Positions 59,451 through 64,000 of a stretch of 64,000 nt of DNA are shown here, piece after piece. This stretch comes from Eledone cirrhosa (taxonomy: Eukaryota), in assembly GCA_964016885.1 (NCBI GenBank), contig OZ024741.1:96286001-96350000 (forward strand), given 5' to 3'. The translations under genes were made by a program, and so were the position numbers. The notes beneath the pieces were generated by a model. The model ran no database searches and was not told where the DNA came from. It saw only the letters and a program-made list of their open reading frames with translations. Position 1 is the first letter of the stretch, and every line of letters begins with the position of its first letter.

Positions 59451-60656
59451 TATATATATGTGTGTGTGTGAGACAGACAGTGTGGGTGTATATATATATA
59501 TATATATATAGACACACATAAGTATATTACGCGTGCACATGATGAAGCTTATATATAATAGGCTTACGAATACATTTACAAATATCTGTACTGTATATGC
59601 AAATAAATATATACTCCTAACTCTATATACATACATGTTTATACATTTATGGCTATATTTAGATTGGCATGTAAATATTCAATGTCACGCACACAAACAC
59701 TCACGTATACACGGATACGTAAATATGAATACATTTGTTGTGGGAACGCACAAACACAAGCATATATGTCCACCAGTGTCTTTGTTTATATGTGATTGTT
59801 TCTATGTGGGTGTCAATGTGTGTGTATATGTGTGTTTGTGTAAGTATGTGTGTGTGTGTATGTGTGTGTATATGTGTTTCGGTGTGTCTGTATATGTGTG
59901 TATGTGTGCGTGTGTAAGGCGAGAGATTAACTGATGTTTTCCCATTTTGGCTGCATTTGTAGTTAAGAACCAATAGACACTCACATACACAAACACACAC
60001 ACACGCACATATACTCACATACACACATGTACACACACACACACACACATATATCTATATATATATATATACATATGGAGCTACATATACATATATGCAA
60101 TGAATTTTCATACTCGAATATGCGCTCAGGCTACCTGGACATATATAGGGACATACAATGCCATATATACACATATTCATGTAAACATGTGAATTTAAAC
60201 ATATTATACGTAAATATCTACATATTAAGTTATTTGCATACGCGCCTACGTCATACATGCACACATAAACATACAATTCTCTGTCTCTCTACCTTTCTCT
60301 TTATATATATATATATATACACACACACATATATATGTATATACATTTGTGTGTGTTGTTGTATGTGTTTGTGTGTGTATCTGTGTACGTGTACGTAAAT
60401 GTGTATATATGTATATATATGCATATATGTGTATATATATATAAGCATATAAATATATATACACATATATGCATATATGTACATATATACACATTTATGT
60501 ACACACACACATACAAACACAAACACATACAACAACACACACAAACACCCACATGCAAACATGTATGAATTGGTTTTGTATATATTGACTGAATGACACA
60601 TCCAAATACACACGAAACAATACATACATATATGCATACTTACATACGTGCGTGTG

Positions 60657-60693
<37 letters not shown>

Positions 60694-61329
60694 GTATATA
60701 TATATATCCATACATACATGCATACACTCACATACATACACACATGCACACATATTAAATTTATTTCTTGTCTGCTGCAATGATTTATATCTGACCTGAA
60801 TCAACGATCCTGTTTTTATATACATGGAATTGAAACGTCAGTAATTCTTCTTGAATATACATCATCTACACCTCTTTATCCTCCACCACCATTACCAAAT
60901 CAACCTCCACTATCACCAGCACCACCACTATCTCCCCCATCACTACTTCAGGCAACGACAAGACTAATGTCCCCACCACCATCTTTGCCAACATGGACCA
61001 CCACCAGTGTATAAACTCAATGCTGCCCATACCAGTAATACCCACACTATCAGCATCATTATCATGACCGAAACTCGGCCTTCCCAATAACAATAACAAC
61101 AACAATAATAACATTTCCATCATTTATCATCACCACTAACAACACCACCAGCATATGTAATAATATTATCAGCAACACCAATCCTACCAATAAAGTACTG
61201 TTACTATCATCACTTATACCATACCTCCCGCGCCACCAATAACAACAACTGTAACATATCTACTAATAATTCAATCAGAGTGTCTACGGGATTTTGTTCA
61301 CGAGTGATAGAAGGCAGAAGGCTGAAGTA

Positions 61330-61895
61330 AGTGCAATAATTACAGGAGCATTAAGTAATCATAAGGGGGAGGGGGGTAGGTGTCAAAGCCCAACTTGCTA
61401 TCTTCAATTCAGTAATCATGTCAACCCTTGCCTATGATCATCAGTGTTGAGTAAGGGCCGATCGCGAGCACAAGCGGCCAAAATGGGCTTCATCCGAAGG
61501 CTCTTTGAAATCATGTTACTCGATAGAATGTGTAGCTCGAAGATCATAGAGCTGCTCCAGATAGAGACACCAATTCTCCCAATTAAGAGATCACAACTCC
61601 AATACTATGGACAAGGGGTTAGAATGTCTTAGAAAAGAATCGCTGGACAGATTTTACAGGCAAAACCAACCAGCAGGAGACCCAGAGTTAGACTCTGTAG
61701 TAACATGGTTTGATAACATCTATGAGTTTGACTGGTCTCGATTGGAGATCCAGCCATAATAGTTGGAATCGGTTGCTTCTGACAGGACCCGCTGGAAGGA
61801 GTCTTTGACGACGCTGCCTCCACATCCCTTTCAAGAATAAGTGGGCGAAGAAGAAGAAGAAGAAGAAGAAGAAGAAGAAGAAGAAGAAGAAGAAG
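61330..61895 (+). mobile_element. Degenerate RTE LINE 3' fragment with (GAA)n tail
   Basis: RAQAAKMGFIRR..LLDRMCSSKI..IKRSQLQYYGQGVRM; same family as 4898-5260. Confidence 0.78.
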
Positions 61896-63016
61896 AGTAT
61901 CTACGTGAACAATTAACCTATTAAAAACAACAGTCACTACTCCTAAGAATCACACCGCATCGTCTTTAAAAATTGACACGTTTCGTACTAGTGTAGTTAG
62001 AGATATACTGGTCTGGAAAAATAACAAGGGATGGCTACGGCTGGAACAAATTAGAATATATGCCCGTTCCACGAAGGTGGATATACGGGGAATGATCAAC
62101 AGCAACCACAATAACATCAGTGGCAACATCACCAACACTACCACTTATAACAACATCTCTTCCAATAACATACCAACACCGACATCATGATCAGTGTTGT
62201 ACCAATTCAACGGAACAGAGAACAGCTTTTTCTCCACCCAGCCCCCCGCACACATATAAGCGCTGAATCCGTCACATAGAAATATGATAGAGTGTGCAAC
62301 ATGCTCCCTGACCACAGTGCAGCATTCCCTTTTCTATTTTAACCATTTCTATCACATCTAGTATCAGCGACATGTGGATTACTCCCTGAGGGTGCTGTGG
62401 TGTATCTACTTGCTTTAGTTTGGCTTAAAATACAGATGACTAAGTCAGCTCACCAATAGCATTAAATAACAACGGCAACGATGACAACGATGGCGAGGAC
62501 AAACACAATAGTAATAGCGCCAACTAGGTAGTTTCTAAGTGGTCGTTTAACTTGCTAGAAATAGTAGTCAAATATCTCTCAAAACTCTACCGATTTGAAA
62601 AATCTTGTTTGATTTCGGCTTCAGCGCAAAGAAATGGCGGTGTAGTTACTACGGATGGCATGCATCTGATGATTCGTCTGTTCGATCAGGGCTAGCCTGG
62701 AGCTAATTAACAGAAAATATAATAATGATGACAAAGACTACAGTGGAGACGATGAAGAAAGCTAGCGATGATAAAAACGAGACCATCAATGAATCAATGG
62801 GGTAAATCCTATATGATCTTTTGAACTACTATTGCTTGAAATACCATTCAGATCTCTCTTATGTCATACAATAAAGCCTTGAAAAATAATGGGCCTCGTG
62901 AACACACACACACACAAAGACCAGATTTTCATGTCTAAAAAGTCTTTGATCATAGGCCTGATTGATCAGAACTAACCGGGACTAAACATCATCAACATTA
63001 TAATTTAACACTAACG

Positions 63017-63800
63017 TTACTCTCTTTCGATTAAAACTATCGCTAATAGTGTTTGAACATTTTCCTGGACGTTTTTAATGTGCAAAACGAAATGATTTGA
63101 ATAATTTATTCTCAGTTCAACGTATGCCACATTAAAACATTTTGCTCCATGAAATCGGGGTGCGATTGACCTCAGACATATTGTAGTTGATATAGGGCAA
63201 TTTAAAGCGTCACGATACCGTCTATGATTCAACGGGGTATCAATAAACCAGAGATATATTAACTGAATCTTGGGAATATATATTAACTGAAGATTGATTA
63301 ACTCTAGCTAACTGAGGCTGATAGGAATAAAGTATCCCTGCGCAGAAATAGAACGAAATATCAGTATAGGTTTTGAACATGCAGTGCCAGATAAGGTATA
63401 CATTTTTTCACAATAGACTTAATAGAATACTTCGGTATGTACAATGGTTAGGGGAGTGAATCAGCTAGACTTTTGGGTTGATGTCGTTCGTAAAAGAGGA
63501 AGATATAGGAGCTGTTATTGCCGCTTGATTTCCAAGGAAAGTATAGGGCTAGATCATTTCATATAACCAAAGCCTACGTTCTTGGAATACCTTCTTTCGA
63601 TAAGTTTCTGGATTTTACACTATAATCGAGATCAGCCTTTGCCTCTCATTATTTCCTGGTCGATAAAAAATACCAGACCAGAACTGGGTCTATCCCTTCT
63701 CTGTATCTCTTTATCACTTCAATTCTATCACTCGTTGAATTTCTCTGGAAGAAATAGGCTATGTTCAGACCTCGAGAGGATATGGGTTTAACCACATTTA
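63017..63800 (-). mobile_element. Highly degenerate CR1/L2-like remnant
   Basis: SIAPRFHGAKCFNVAYVELR resembles the ORF2 C-terminus of the 42-44 kb element. Otherwise decayed. Confidence 0.3.
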
Positions 63801-64000
63801 AACAAATGCTGAAGAAATGTCGTATATCACTGCAACACCCCTACGACTCTACTAAGAGTTACAGTTACATACATACACAATTCAAGTGACTTTCTGTAAT
63901 ATTGACACCCTATGAAATCGATCATGAATGCTAAGAATCAACCAGAGTAGGTTTGGGGTTCAGAACATAAAGGACTCAGGACATAAAGAATCCTTATGAA

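Overview
AT-rich, microsatellite-saturated eukaryotic DNA with no host gene that I can support. The SINE type and repeat make-up suggest an octopus/coleoid genome (inference). The window is a patchwork of retroelements sitting in (TA)n, (CA)n and (TATC)n tracts. These include a degraded full-length L1/Tx1-clade LINE in (TATC)n, a 5'-truncated CR1/L2-group LINE with an open RT ORF, several RTE fragments, tRNA-derived SINEs and a small Helitron. There are also at least four Penelope-like element (PLE) families with RT and/or GIY-YIG coding sequence, often with fold-back inversions. The main unannotated signal, read by eye, is roughly 25-30 type I hammerhead-ribozyme (HHR) motifs, from intact to degenerate. 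Several lie in non-coding, terminally redundant 450-550 bp units that look like retrozyme-type non-autonomous elements. Copies show compensatory stem changes and variant catalytic cores (CCGAAGA, UUGANAA), and two inversion breakpoints fall within 1 nt of the predicted cleavage site. Most ORFs in the supplied track are microsatellite artefacts. All coordinates were counted by hand, and no alignment, folding or database search was run.
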